Shown here in pieces: positions 42,701 through 52,597 of a stretch of DNA of 64,000 nucleotides (its first letter is position 1; each line of letters begins with the position of its first letter). Source of the DNA: Dehalococcoidia bacterium. GTDB taxonomy: Bacteria; Chloroflexota; Dehalococcoidia; Lucifugimonadales; JAGWBF01. Made by a program: the position numbers and the translations under genes. The stretch spans positions 14,759 through 78,758 of the forward strand of contig CBDFKS010000004.1 in the NCBI GenBank assembly GCA_965248905.1. Direction: 5' to 3'. The notes under the pieces are model-generated. The model did not search any database and was not told where the DNA came from. It worked only from the letters and a program-made list of their open reading frames with translations.

Positions 42701-43517
42701 CCTCGCTGATGGTCGTCGGCTGGTACCCCCAGGACAATACCGTGTCCAGAAAGCGGCGTAGCAGCTCGATGTTCTGTATTCCAATGGAGCGCCGGTGCCT
42801 GCTGGGTAGAGCGGCCGGGAGCTCTTGCTGGTCAGGAGCAACAAACTCCCAGGGATGGCAATAGAAGTTCAGCATGTATCCCCGGTTGAATACCCGCCTG
42901 GCTGCCCACAAGGTCAAGGTGGGCCCCAGAAGTCTTAGCGCGGTCATGCTGACAGGGAATACGAAGGAGGAGGGCGGTACCTCCAGGATGGGGCTCGAGC
43001 CCTGCTTTCCCAGGCTATGAGGGTCTGGATGGTAGGGCCGGAGAGGTGACAGGAAGTAGCCCAGGTTGTTGACCATGCCCAAACCGGCGTCGAAGCGGCG
43101 AACGGGCACAGAAGAATCTACGCGATAGTTCATCTCTTCCAGGACTTTTAACATGGTGTCACTGACCTGCAAAAATGGAGCCCTGAACACCGATGGCCTG
43201 GCATGGATGACCTTCTCAATGGCTTCAGTCCCTCGTTCGAGCCATTCCCGTTGCTTCTCGTAAGGAGTCGTGGCAAAGTTTTCCTCGAAATCCAGCACGT
43301 GAGCCCAGCCGTGGGCTCCAATCTCATGTCCGGCGTCGGCAGCCTCAGCGATGAGGCTCGGATAGGCGTTTACGAACTGGCCAGCCACAAATATCGTTGA
43401 GCGGGCGTTGTACTCGTCACAGAGCTTGAGCACCGCCTCCAGTCCAGGCGCCGATCGAGGTACCCAATCGCCATCAACGGTCAATAGGAGCTTGTTCTGC
43501 TGCGAGGGTTTTTCCAA
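42693..43517 (-). CDS. Polysaccharide deacetylase (CE4 / NodB-homology) family protein
   Basis: LLLTVDGDW corresponds to the Asp motif and GAHGWAH is H-x4-H. It is the only minus-strand gene inside the island. Confidence 0.8.
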   Translation of the reverse strand: MEKPSQQNKLLLTVDGDWVPRSAPGLEAVLKLCDEYNARSTIFVAGQFVNAYPSLIAEAADAGHEIGAHGWAHVLDFEENFATTPYEKQREWLERGTEAIEKVIHARPSVFRAPFLQVSDTMLKVLEEMNYRVDSSVPVRRFDAGLGMVNNLGYFLSPLRPYHPDPHSLGKQGSSPILEVPPSSFVFPVSMTALRLLGPTLTLWAARRVFNRGYMLNFYCHPWEFVAPDQQELPAALPSRHRRSIGIQNIELLRRFLDTVLSWGYQPTTISEVI

Positions 43518-43617
43518 TCTTCCACATCCATACTTGGAATAACGGGGCTAACGGTAGCATAGGGTGTGGCATAATTCAAGCATGGCCATTATCTAGCCGG
43601 ATGTCTCCCAACTCGAA

Positions 43618-45816
43618 ATGAAGCAAGTATCACAAAACTATAAGACCGGAGAGCTGAGCCTCACCGAAGTGCCTGTAGGTATGGCCAGAAGGGGCCAATT
43701 GCTCGTCCAGACGGCAGCGTCACTGGTCAGCGCCGGCACCGAAAAATCCATGATCGAGCTGGCCCGCAAGTCCCTGATAGGAAAGGCGCTGGCCCGGCCC
43801 GACCTGGTGCGCCAGGTCATCGCCAAGGCCCAGTCCGACGGCATTCTGGAGGCCTGGAAGCAGGCCATGGGGCGGCTGGATACACCGATGCCCCTGGGAT
43901 ACTCCTCAGCTGGAGTGGTTATCGATGTGGGGGCAGGCGTAGAGGGTTTCACCTCGGGAGACCGCGTCGCTTGCACCGGCCAGGGCTACGCCGGGCACTC
44001 CGAAGTTGTTTCGGTCCCTGCCAACCTGTGCGTTAAGATTCCGGATGCAGTTGGAGTTGAGGCAGCAGCCTTCGTGGCTCTGGGAGGTATAGCCCTCGAA
44101 GCAGTCCGCATGGCGCGAATATCGCTGGGTGAGACAGTGGCTGTAATAGGTCTCGGGCTTCTGGGACAGATCGCGGTGCAGGTGGCTAAAGCCGCCGGTT
44201 GCCATGTCATCGGCATGGACATCGACCCCCAGAAGAGCCAGATGGCTGATCAGCGCGGTGCGGAAGCGGTCGCAACCAGCTATGACCAACTGGCCACCCT
44301 TTGCCGCCAAACGACCAACGGCTCCGGAGCCGATGCGGTCCTCATCCTGGCTACGGCCACGAGTAACGAACCCCTGGAGCAAGCCGCCGAGCTATGCCGA
44401 GAGAGGGGCCGGGTAGTAATCACCGGTCAGGTCGGCCTAGACGTCCCTAGAAAGCCCTTCTATGACAAGGAGCTGGAGCTAGTGGTCTCCCGCGCCTGGG
44501 GCCCGGGAATCTACGACTCCAACTACGCCGAGAAGGGTCTGGACTATCCCATCGGATATGCCAGGTGGACGGCAAATCGAAACATGGAAGAGTTCCTGAA
44601 GTTACTGGACCAAGGAGCGGTGCAGGTAGACGATCTCATTACCCATCGCTTTCCCCTTGAGCGTGCCAAAGAAGCATATCAGCTCATCCTGGAAGGAGAG
44701 GAGCCTTATATTGGCGTCCTGCTGACCTATCCTGAAGGTGCCATTCAGAGCACCAGACCTCGAATGGTAGAATTGCCTGTCCATGTCCCCAGCTCCAAGC
44801 AGCAGGACCGGCATATCAGTATAGGGGTAATAGGAGCAGGGCTGTTCGCCAGAGCCACCTTGCTGCCCACCATAAAACAGGTAGGAGGCTTTCGCTTCAA
44901 GGGCGTGGCTACCGCAACCGGGCTTAGCGCCAAGCACATCGCCAACAAATACAGGTTCCAGTACTGCGTCACCGACCACAGCGAGGTATTAAACGATCCC
45001 GACATCGACCTAGTGCTAATCCTCACCCGCCATGGTTCCCACGCGGGTCTTATCTCCGAGGCCTTAAGGGCCCAAAAGCACGTTTTCGTGGAAAAGCCTC
45101 TCGCGTTGAATCCGGAACAGCTTCAACAGGTCATTCAAGCCTTCAACGATTCCGGCAATGACCAGGTTCGTAGGCCATCGCTCACCGTCGGCTTCAACCG
45201 TCGTTACTCTCCATTCGCCAAATGGATCAAGGAGCGCTTCAGCAACGTATCTGAGCCGCTGGCTGTGCACTGTACCGTCAATGCCGGCGCTCTCCCCCCT
45301 GACAACTGGACTTACGACCCGGAGGAGGGCGGAGGACGGATCATAGGTGAGGTCTGCCACTTCATAGACCTCGTCCAGTACTTTACCGGCTCTTTGCCGG
45401 TCCGCGTGTACGCCGAGTCTTTGGTATCCAATGGATACGCACCCAGCGACAACGTGACGGTCTCCGTCAAGATGGCCAATGGCGCCATCGGGTCTGTGAC
45501 CTACGTGGCGGGCGGAGATAAACGATTTCCAAGGGAGCGGGTGGAGGTGTTCGGCGGCGGAGCGGTTGGGGTCATAGACAACTTCAAGGCTGCCAGCTTC
45601 ACCCAGAAGGGACGCAGGCGTAGTCGCCGAAGCTGGCTAAGCGTCGACCGGGGCTATCATGGAGAGATCGATAGCCTGCGCTCAGCGATAAACCAGGACG
45701 GCTTTCGACAAGAGGCGTTCCAGGAACATGTCTACACCACCCTCGCAACCTTTGCCGCCGAGGAATCCCTGAAGCAGGGCAGGCCCATAGACGTAGATTG
45801 GCCAAGTCCACTGTGA
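43618..45816 (+). CDS. Bi-domain oxidoreductase: MDR/zinc-ADH-like (N) + Gfo/Idh/MocA (C)
   Basis: The N-terminal part is GYSSAGVV.., GETVAVIGLGLLG. The C-terminal part is ISIGVIGAGLFA and VEKPLAL. Confidence 0.85.
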   Translation: MKQVSQNYKTGELSLTEVPVGMARRGQLLVQTAASLVSAGTEKSMIELARKSLIGKALARPDLVRQVIAKAQSDGILEAWKQAMGRLDTPMPLGYSSAGVVIDVGAGVEGFTSGDRVACTGQGYAGHSEVVSVPANLCVKIPDAVGVEAAAFVALGGIALEAVRMARISLGETVAVIGLGLLGQIAVQVAKAAGCHVIGMDIDPQKSQMADQRGAEAVATSYDQLATLCRQTTNGSGADAVLILATATSNEPLEQAAELCRERGRVVITGQVGLDVPRKPFYDKELELVVSRAWGPGIYDSNYAEKGLDYPIGYARWTANRNMEEFLKLLDQGAVQVDDLITHRFPLERAKEAYQLILEGEEPYIGVLLTYPEGAIQSTRPRMVELPVHVPSSKQQDRHISIGVIGAGLFARATLLPTIKQVGGFRFKGVATATGLSAKHIANKYRFQYCVTDHSEVLNDPDIDLVLILTRHGSHAGLISEALRAQKHVFVEKPLALNPEQLQQVIQAFNDSGNDQVRRPSLTVGFNRRYSPFAKWIKERFSNVSEPLAVHCTVNAGALPPDNWTYDPEEGGGRIIGEVCHFIDLVQYFTGSLPVRVYAESLVSNGYAPSDNVTVSVKMANGAIGSVTYVAGGDKRFPRERVEVFGGGAVGVIDNFKAASFTQKGRRRSRRSWLSVDRGYHGEIDSLRSAINQDGFRQEAFQEHVYTTLATFAAEESLKQGRPIDVDWPSPL

Positions 45817-46841
45817 CCGATTATCGCCAACATTACCGTGATAAGACCGTGCTGGTCACGGGAGGTGCTGGGGCCATTGGTTCCAACCTGTGTAGCAATC
45901 TGGCCCAGCTCGGTGCGCGAATCATCTGTCTAGACGACCTTTCCGCCTCAATGTCATGGAATGTCCCTTCGTCCTCCTCCATCACCTTTGTCCAGGGGGA
46001 CATTCTGAACGAGACTACACTTAAAGAGGCCTTTTCAAAGCGTCCACAGATCGTATTCCACCTGGCAGCCTTCTTCGCTAATCAAAACTCTGTAGACCAC
46101 CCCGAGCGGGACCTGATGGTCAACGGCCTGGGCACTCTTCGTCTGCTGCAATGCTCGGTCGCAGCGGAGATAGAGCGGTTCGTCTACGCATCTTCCAGCT
46201 CGATTTATGGCGGTGAGGCGCCGTTGCCAATCAGGGAAGAGAGCATCTCAGTGAACTTGAGCACCCCTTATCAGATTACTAAACTCCTTGGCGAGCTGTA
46301 CTGCAATTACTATCACAGCCATTACGGTCTCAAAGTGGTCAAGCCCCGTCTCTTCAACTCTTACGGACCCGGAGAGCTTCCGGGACAGTATCGCAACGTA
46401 ATACCAAACTTCATATATCAAGCGATGAAGGGTGGTCCCTTGACCATCACAGGCACCGGAGAAGAGACCCGGGACTTCACCTACATCAACTATATAGTAG
46501 ATGGGCTTCTACGTTTGGGCTACTTTGAGGGGGCCGTCGGGCAAGAGATTAACCTGGGATCCGGCAAAGAGACCTCTATTAGAGAGCTGGCTGAGACAAT
46601 CAACACATTGACAAATAACAAGGCTGACCTCAAGTTCGTGGAACCCCGCCGGTGGGACACCAGAAGTCGCCGGCTGGCCGATATTGGGAGGGCTCGGACT
46701 CTTGCGGGCTACGACCCCACTATATCTCTCCACGAAGGGTTGAGCCTGACAGTCGCCTGGTTCCGGACGAATTGGGAGAGCATCATCGGGGCTGCTCGGT
46801 TCGAGCCAGAGACATCGATAGCCGCTCCGAAGCATGGATAA
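45798..46841 (+). CDS. NAD-dependent sugar-nucleotide epimerase/dehydratase (extended SDR)
   Basis: TVLVTGGAGAIGSNL and YQITKLLGE (YxxxK) are present. Confidence 0.88.
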   Translation: MAKSTVTDYRQHYRDKTVLVTGGAGAIGSNLCSNLAQLGARIICLDDLSASMSWNVPSSSSITFVQGDILNETTLKEAFSKRPQIVFHLAAFFANQNSVDHPERDLMVNGLGTLRLLQCSVAAEIERFVYASSSSIYGGEAPLPIREESISVNLSTPYQITKLLGELYCNYYHSHYGLKVVKPRLFNSYGPGELPGQYRNVIPNFIYQAMKGGPLTITGTGEETRDFTYINYIVDGLLRLGYFEGAVGQEINLGSGKETSIRELAETINTLTNNKADLKFVEPRRWDTRSRRLADIGRARTLAGYDPTISLHEGLSLTVAWFRTNWESIIGAARFEPETSIAAPKHG

Positions 46842-48150
46842 ACTCTGTGTCCAGGGTCTGGGCTACATCGGCCTGCCGACGGCAGCGATGTTCGCCAGTC
46901 ATGGATTACAGGTCTTGGGAGTAGATGTTAATCCTGCGGTGCTTAAGGTGCTCCAAAAGGGAGGTACTCACATTGAGGAACCGGGTATCTCCCAGTTGGT
47001 GGACACAGTCATTGGCTCAGGCCGATTAACCTTCAGCAGCCAGCCCGAAGCCGCCAACGCATTCATCATCTCCGTACCCACTCCCATCAACGCCGACAAA
47101 CGGGCCGATATGAGCTATGTAGAATCGGCCGCTCGAGCAACGATGACCTGCCTCCGTCCCGGCAATCTCGTTGTTCTGGAGTCCACTGTTCCACCGGGCA
47201 CAACACGAGACGTCGTGAAACCGATCCTTGAAGAGTCCGGCCTGAAAGCGGGATCGGATTTTTTGTTGGCTTACTCTCCTGAACGAGTCATGCCGGGCCG
47301 TATCCTGGACGAGATCGTAAATAACTCCCGGGTTGTCGGAGGCGTAGACGAGGCATCCGCCAAGGCTGCCCAAGCCCTATATGGGACCTTCGTAAAGGGC
47401 GACATTGTTTTGACCGACTGCTCAACCGCCGAAATGGTCAAGCTGATGGAGAACACCTCACGGGACGTGGCTATCGCATTGGCCAACGAATACGCCCGAC
47501 TGGCCGATGAGTTTGGTGTGGATGTGTGGGAGGCCATCGACATCGCCAACAAACATCCACGAGTAAGTATCTTGAGCCCAGGACCGGGGGTTGGCGGCCA
47601 CTGCATTAGCGTTGACCCCTGGTTCCTTGTGGAAGCCGCTCCCTACCTTACCCCGTTGATTCATCAGGCTAGACGAATCAACGACGAACAACCTGAATAT
47701 GTCGCCCGTATGGTTGAAGAAGCACTCTCTCGTCTGCACAATGACAGAGAATCACCCGCTCCTCCGTCGGATGCAATAATCGGGTGTCTCGGTCTCAGCT
47801 ATAAGGGAGACGTTGGGGATATCCGGGAAAGTCCAGCCATAGCGGTGGTTAAGGCTCTACGAAGTAGAGGGTACACGATAAAAGCCTTCGATCCATTTGT
47901 CGAATCTCTTCCCGAGATGGCTGACGTGGTTACCGGGTCCCTGGAAGAAGCTGTAGCCGGGACCGATTGCCTACTCCTGCTAGTCGACCATACGGCGTTT
48001 CAACAACTGGACATCGAACATTTGGCGTCCGTTGTGCGTCGGCGGCTGGTCATAGACACCCGAACGATGGCGGACCAGGACCGGTGGTCCGCTCATGGAT
48101 TTAAGGTGATACGCCTCGGTGATGGAAGACACAGAGATTTTGATCCATGA
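46834..48150 (+). CDS. wecC: UDP-N-acetyl-D-mannosamine dehydrogenase family (nucleotide-sugar dehydrogenase)
   Basis: LCVQGLGYIGLPTAAMFASHG..VLGVDVN, YSPERVMPG and GPGVGGHCISVDP (catalytic Cys) are present. Confidence 0.85.
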   Translation: MDKLCVQGLGYIGLPTAAMFASHGLQVLGVDVNPAVLKVLQKGGTHIEEPGISQLVDTVIGSGRLTFSSQPEAANAFIISVPTPINADKRADMSYVESAARATMTCLRPGNLVVLESTVPPGTTRDVVKPILEESGLKAGSDFLLAYSPERVMPGRILDEIVNNSRVVGGVDEASAKAAQALYGTFVKGDIVLTDCSTAEMVKLMENTSRDVAIALANEYARLADEFGVDVWEAIDIANKHPRVSILSPGPGVGGHCISVDPWFLVEAAPYLTPLIHQARRINDEQPEYVARMVEEALSRLHNDRESPAPPSDAIIGCLGLSYKGDVGDIRESPAIAVVKALRSRGYTIKAFDPFVESLPEMADVVTGSLEEAVAGTDCLLLLVDHTAFQQLDIEHLASVVRRRLVIDTRTMADQDRWSAHGFKVIRLGDGRHRDFDP

Positions 48151-49286
48151 TCAAGGTGCTCTCCGTTTTCGGCACACGCCCCGAGGCTATAAAGATGGCG
48201 CCAGTCATCAAAGAGCTGGAACGGCGGCGAGACAAATTTATTTCGGTGGTCTGCGTGACCGCTCAGCATCGCCAGATGTTGGACCAAGTGTTGGACATCT
48301 TCGGCATCACTGCAGACCACGACCTGGACATCATGAAGAGCGGTCAGGACCTCTTCCACATCACATCCCGGTCCCTGGAAGGACTCAAGCCGGTGCTGGA
48401 GGAGGAGAAGCCGGACATCGTTCTAGTCCAGGGCGATACCACCACCGTATTCATGGCCACACTTGCCGCCTATTATATGCGAATCCCCATAGGTCACGTG
48501 GAGGCGGGCCTCAGGACCCATGACAAGTATAGCCCCTTCCCCGAAGAGGTAAACCGTCGCCTGACGGACGTCCTGGCCGATTTCTGCTTCGCACCCACCG
48601 AGCACAACCGTGAGAACCTCCTCAGGGAAGGTGTCCAGGATGACCGTATCTTCGTGACCGGAAACACGGTCATCGACTCCCTCCAAGAGACCGTAGAAAC
48701 GTTGGGCTCCCTAGCCTCCGGTCCTTCCCTACCGCCCGAGCTCTCGTCCATACCAACCACCCAGAAGATTATCGCCGTTACGGCTCACCGCCGTGAGAGT
48801 TTCGGCCAGGAGATGGAGAATATCTGTTGGGGACTCCGAAAGCTGGTCGAGCGTAACGACGATCTGTGCATCGTATATCCCGTGCACATGAATCCCAACG
48901 TTCAGAAGCCTGTCCATCGCATCTTGGGCGACGTACCAGGCATCATACTTACTGAGCCATTGGAGTACGTTCCATTCGTATGGCTATTGAATCGTTGCCA
49001 CTTCACACTCACAGACTCGGGAGGCATACAAGAAGAGGCCCCAGCGCTGGGCAAGCCGGTGCTGGTCATGCGCAAAAAGACCGAACGCCCAGAAGGAGTG
49101 GAAGCTGGAGTTGCCCGCGTAATCGGGACAGACAGTGAGTCGATCTATGGGGAAGCACAGCGACTGCTGCATGACCCCGACGCCTATCAACAGATGGCCC
49201 AGGCCGTAAATCCCTACGGAGACGGCCATGCCTCTCGATACATAGTCGACATACTGGAGCAAAAGCTAGTAGTCAGTCGACTTTAA
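48147..49286 (+). CDS. wecB: UDP-N-acetylglucosamine 2-epimerase (non-hydrolysing)
   Basis: KVLSVFGTRPEAIKMAPV, VQGDTTT, HVEAGLRT and TDSGGIQEEAPALGKPVLVMR are present. Confidence 0.93.
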   Translation: MIKVLSVFGTRPEAIKMAPVIKELERRRDKFISVVCVTAQHRQMLDQVLDIFGITADHDLDIMKSGQDLFHITSRSLEGLKPVLEEEKPDIVLVQGDTTTVFMATLAAYYMRIPIGHVEAGLRTHDKYSPFPEEVNRRLTDVLADFCFAPTEHNRENLLREGVQDDRIFVTGNTVIDSLQETVETLGSLASGPSLPPELSSIPTTQKIIAVTAHRRESFGQEMENICWGLRKLVERNDDLCIVYPVHMNPNVQKPVHRILGDVPGIILTEPLEYVPFVWLLNRCHFTLTDSGGIQEEAPALGKPVLVMRKKTERPEGVEAGVARVIGTDSESIYGEAQRLLHDPDAYQQMAQAVNPYGDGHASRYIVDILEQKLVVSRL

Positions 49287-49290
49287 AATT

Positions 49291-49445
49291 GAAGCATCGT
49301 TTCACTCCCATCCCTTCGGCAGGCTCAGGACAGGCTCTAGTCTTCCCCCATCGAGGGAGAAGGAACTTGTTCTCTCCCCATTGAAGGGGGAGAGTTAGAG
49401 CGGCAGTGAAAGACACCTATCAAATCTTGGTTGAGTAAGTACTAG
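49291..49445. repeat. REP-like nested-hairpin element (copy C) with a conserved 32-nt tail
   Basis: Hairpins tcttccccc-atcga-gggagaagg and ctctcccc-attgaa-gggggagag lie inside an outer stem ttcactcccatcc.../...cagtgaaa. The tail is cacctatcaaatcttggttgagtaagtactag. Confidence 0.8.
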
Positions 49446-49861
49446 TCCTTTTTCCAGATCTGCCAGCCCCTCTTTTGGGGCTGGTTTTCTTCATGGGCAG
49501 TCTGGGCTGAGGTCCCCTCTGCTTGCGAGGCCGCTTCTCCGGACGTAGCTACCTGGCTGGGGGTTTCAGCCTCGGAAGCCGACGTTGCAGCCGGATCGGA
49601 CTGCACCTCAGGCTCCACCTCCATCTCCCAATCGCCCCCAAATATCTCCCATGGATGGAAGGACTCCACGAACTCTTTGGCCTCCTCCATCGTGGCGAAG
49701 CCCTTCTGCGCGCGGCCTGGGTCGTAGGTGTTGGTCTTGGCCAGAGCATCGAATCCTCTGGGAGTTTGCCGTACCGCCCCAACTTCGACCTCGGTCTCAT
49801 CATCTCCACTAAGGATCAGCCGCTGTCCCGATCTGCGTTCCTGCCAGAATACCTTCGTCAT
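49442..49861 (-). CDS. Hypothetical protein with an acidic low-complexity C-terminus
   Basis: It is a 139-aa open frame with no motif recognised. Its stop overlaps the tail of repeat C. Confidence 0.5.
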   Translation of the reverse strand: MTKVFWQERRSGQRLILSGDDETEVEVGAVRQTPRGFDALAKTNTYDPGRAQKGFATMEEAKEFVESFHPWEIFGGDWEMEVEPEVQSDPAATSASEAETPSQVATSGEAASQAEGTSAQTAHEENQPQKRGWQIWKKD

Positions 49862-49942
49862 GTTTCGCCCCCCAATGTTTAATCCGGTTGAAAAGTTCTC
49901 TGAGTGAGACTCGACCCGTGCGGTAGGAAATCCACGCTGACT

Positions 49943-50725
49943 CTATTGAGTCAACTCGAGCTTCTGACGCGCCAAAATATCAGCTTGGTCAGTTACCACC
50001 GCGTCCAGACCAAGCTTCATGAGGCCGTTGGTATGACCGGAAGCGTCAATGTCCCAGGCGGCCACCAGGTTTCCCCTGGAATGGAGCTTGGCAAGCAGCT
50101 TTGGGGTGAAGGAGCTCCGGTCCGGAGCGTACCACCGGGGCTGGGCCATCGGACTTAGCCAGCGGGCTCTCATGGGTAGGGGATGGTTTGCTGACCAGAT
50201 GTAACCTCTGATTATTCTGGGTTCAGCGAACCTCAGCATTATCAGCGCTATGGGATTGAAGCTGGCGACCATGGTGCTTTCCCATCGTTGATGTCGCCGA
50301 ATAACCTCGATAACCCGTGACGCCAAAGCCCACGCGCCATGCCCGCGGACCTTCATCTCCACGTACACCAGCGTGTCATTAGGGAACGCTTGAAACACCT
50401 CATCCAGGGTAGGTACCTGCTCACCGCTAAACTGGGAACCGTACCAGGAGCCTGCGTCCAGAGACTTCAGCTCCTTTAGGGTATGAGTTCCCACCGGGCC
50501 CCTACCGGTGGTCGTGCGATCCACCATTCTATCGTGGATGACAGCTACTTCCCCATCCTTGGTAAGCCTCACATCCATCTCTAGTCCGTCCGCGCCCACT
50601 TCCAGCGCCTTCCTGAAGGCACTCAGGGTATTCTCAGGCGCGAGATTGTTGGCACCCCGGTGAGCTAGCACTAAAGGATAACTCAGTGACCCTGCTGGAA
50701 TTTTCCAGCTAACAATGCGCTTCAT
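49943..50725 (-). CDS. Glycerophosphodiester phosphodiesterase (GDPD family)
   Basis: VLAHRGANNLAPENTLSAFRKALEVGADGLEMDVRLTKDGEVAVIHD is present. The start is re-set to MKRIV (ATG 50725). The longer ORF-track N-terminus overlaps the divergent gene. Confidence 0.88.
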   Translation of the reverse strand: MKRIVSWKIPAGSLSYPLVLAHRGANNLAPENTLSAFRKALEVGADGLEMDVRLTKDGEVAVIHDRMVDRTTTGRGPVGTHTLKELKSLDAGSWYGSQFSGEQVPTLDEVFQAFPNDTLVYVEMKVRGHGAWALASRVIEVIRRHQRWESTMVASFNPIALIMLRFAEPRIIRGYIWSANHPLPMRARWLSPMAQPRWYAPDRSSFTPKLLAKLHSRGNLVAAWDIDASGHTNGLMKLGLDAVVTDQADILARQKLELTQ

Positions 50726-50873
50726 CTTCACCTGTAGTATGCCATCCCACCAACCCGTGGGCAATCCCCAGAGTCCTAAAGATTTGGTACATGCCGGGCT
50801 GACGCGCCATTGATAAATACAGATTCTTGCGCCAGGGTTCCTATAAATGTAAAATCTCGTGGGAGGTGAACTT

Positions 50874-52547
50874 ATGGCTGTTATGAGCGGTGCCCGATTT
50901 CTTGCGGAGACCATGAAAGGATACGGCATGACCCATGCGTTCTTCGTGCCTACTATAGTCAGAAAAGCGCTGGTGGAGATGGAGAGGGTGGGTATACGCC
51001 GAATCGTGACCCACGGTGAGAAGGCGGCCGCATACATGGCCGATGGCTACTCGCGGGCCTCTCACCGACCCAGCATATGCATGGCCCAAGCAGTAGGGGC
51101 GGCCAACCTCGCAGCCGGTCTGCAGGACGCCTACCTGGGCTTGTCTCCCGTCATTGCCATCACAGGGCATAGGCCACTGCTTCAACAGTACAGGAACTCC
51201 TATCAAGAGATCGAGCACGTCCTTCCCTTCAACTCGGTCACCAAGTACAACGTAAACGTCGAGAGCGTGGAGCAGCTACCCTATCTGCTTCGACAGGCCT
51301 TGCGCGAGGTCACTTCCGGAGCGCCGGGCCCCGCACACCTGGACTTCCAGGGAAGTCAGGGAGAAGTGATCGTGGAATCCGAGGCAGATCTAGAGGTGAT
51401 TATAGAGGACACCTTTACCCAATTCCCCGCCTTTCGACCAGAGCCAGAGACGGAGCGGGTCCGAGAGGCGGCCAGAGTATTGTCCGAGGCCCGCCGGCCC
51501 GTGATCGTAGCAGGTGGAGGAGTGACGGCCTCTCGGGCGAAGGGAGAGGTTGTAGAGCTGGCGGAGATGCTAAATATCCCAATCGCCACGTCCCTCAACG
51601 CAAAGGAGACTATCACCGACGATCATCCTCTCTCGGTGGGAGTGGTGGGCTCCTACTCCCGATGGTGCGCCAACCGAGTGGTGGCCGAGGCCGACCTCGT
51701 GGTGTTCATCGGAAGCCACACGGGAAGCCAGGTCACCAACGACTGGAAGATCCCCGCGATCGGCACGCCTGTCATCCAAATAGATATAGACCCGGCCGAG
51801 CTGGGCAGAAGCTACCCCACGAAGGTGGCCCTACAGGGCGACGCCAAGGTGACGGTGCGCAAGCTGATTGAAGCATTGGAACCCATGGGACCTCGACGGG
51901 AATGGACCGAGAGGGTAAGCCAGCTAGTGCTAGATTGGCGGTCCGAGGCGGAGCCGTTACTGAACTCCGATGCCTCTCCTATTCGTCCGGAGCGCATCTG
52001 CAAAGCGATCTCCGACTGGCTGCCCGACGACGCCCTTGTAGTGTCCGACACAGGCCACTCAGGCATATGGTCGGGCACTATGTTGGACCTAAAGTCGCCG
52101 GAGCAGAGCTACATACGCTGCGCCGGATCTCTGGGCTGGGGATTTTCAGCGGCACTAGGAGCCAAGTGTGCCGTGGGCGACAGCAGGCCGGTACTGTGCT
52201 TCACCGGAGACGGGGGTTTCTGGTATCACATCGGCGAGCTGGAGACCGCCGCCCGCTACGGCATCAACACAGTAACGGTCATCAACAACAATCACTCCCT
52301 CAATCAGGAAAAGAGGGGCGACGAGCGGGCGTACGCCGGACAGCCCGGCAACTCTGACGAGCTTTGGCACTTCCTGGACATAGACCTGGCCAGAGTGGCC
52401 CGGGACATCGGCTGTTTCGGCATTCGAGTCGAGAAGCCCAGCGAGCTTCAGCCGGCCTTGGAGCAGGCCTTCGCCTCGGGTAGGCCGGCGATAGTTGACG
52501 TTGTCGGCGATATCGATGGCATCGCGCCACCGCCGTGGGAGGGGTAA
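50874..52547 (+). CDS. Thiamine-diphosphate-dependent enzyme (acetolactate-synthase-like fold)
   Basis: The ThDP motif is FTGDGGFWYHIGELETAARYGINTVTVINNN. GGAGGTGA lies 5 nt before ATG 50874. Confidence 0.88.
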   Translation: MAVMSGARFLAETMKGYGMTHAFFVPTIVRKALVEMERVGIRRIVTHGEKAAAYMADGYSRASHRPSICMAQAVGAANLAAGLQDAYLGLSPVIAITGHRPLLQQYRNSYQEIEHVLPFNSVTKYNVNVESVEQLPYLLRQALREVTSGAPGPAHLDFQGSQGEVIVESEADLEVIIEDTFTQFPAFRPEPETERVREAARVLSEARRPVIVAGGGVTASRAKGEVVELAEMLNIPIATSLNAKETITDDHPLSVGVVGSYSRWCANRVVAEADLVVFIGSHTGSQVTNDWKIPAIGTPVIQIDIDPAELGRSYPTKVALQGDAKVTVRKLIEALEPMGPRREWTERVSQLVLDWRSEAEPLLNSDASPIRPERICKAISDWLPDDALVVSDTGHSGIWSGTMLDLKSPEQSYIRCAGSLGWGFSAALGAKCAVGDSRPVLCFTGDGGFWYHIGELETAARYGINTVTVINNNHSLNQEKRGDERAYAGQPGNSDELWHFLDIDLARVARDIGCFGIRVEKPSELQPALEQAFASGRPAIVDVVGDIDGIAPPPWEG

Positions 52548-52569
52548 GTCAATAACGGAGGTCTAGCCT

Positions 52570-52597
52570 GTAGGAGCCAGACATGTCTGGCTCCTAC
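52570..52597. terminator. Perfect 13-bp-stem hairpin between convergent genes
   Basis: gtaggagccagac-at-gtctggctcctac is followed on the plus strand by ttcttt. It overlaps the stop of the minus-strand aminotransferase. Confidence 0.65.

Noticed and set aside
50726-51037. 104-aa N-terminal extension of the GDPD ORF
   Set aside because: The extension overlaps the divergent ThDP-enzyme gene and has no GDPD homology. The conserved domain begins right after the internal MKRIV start.
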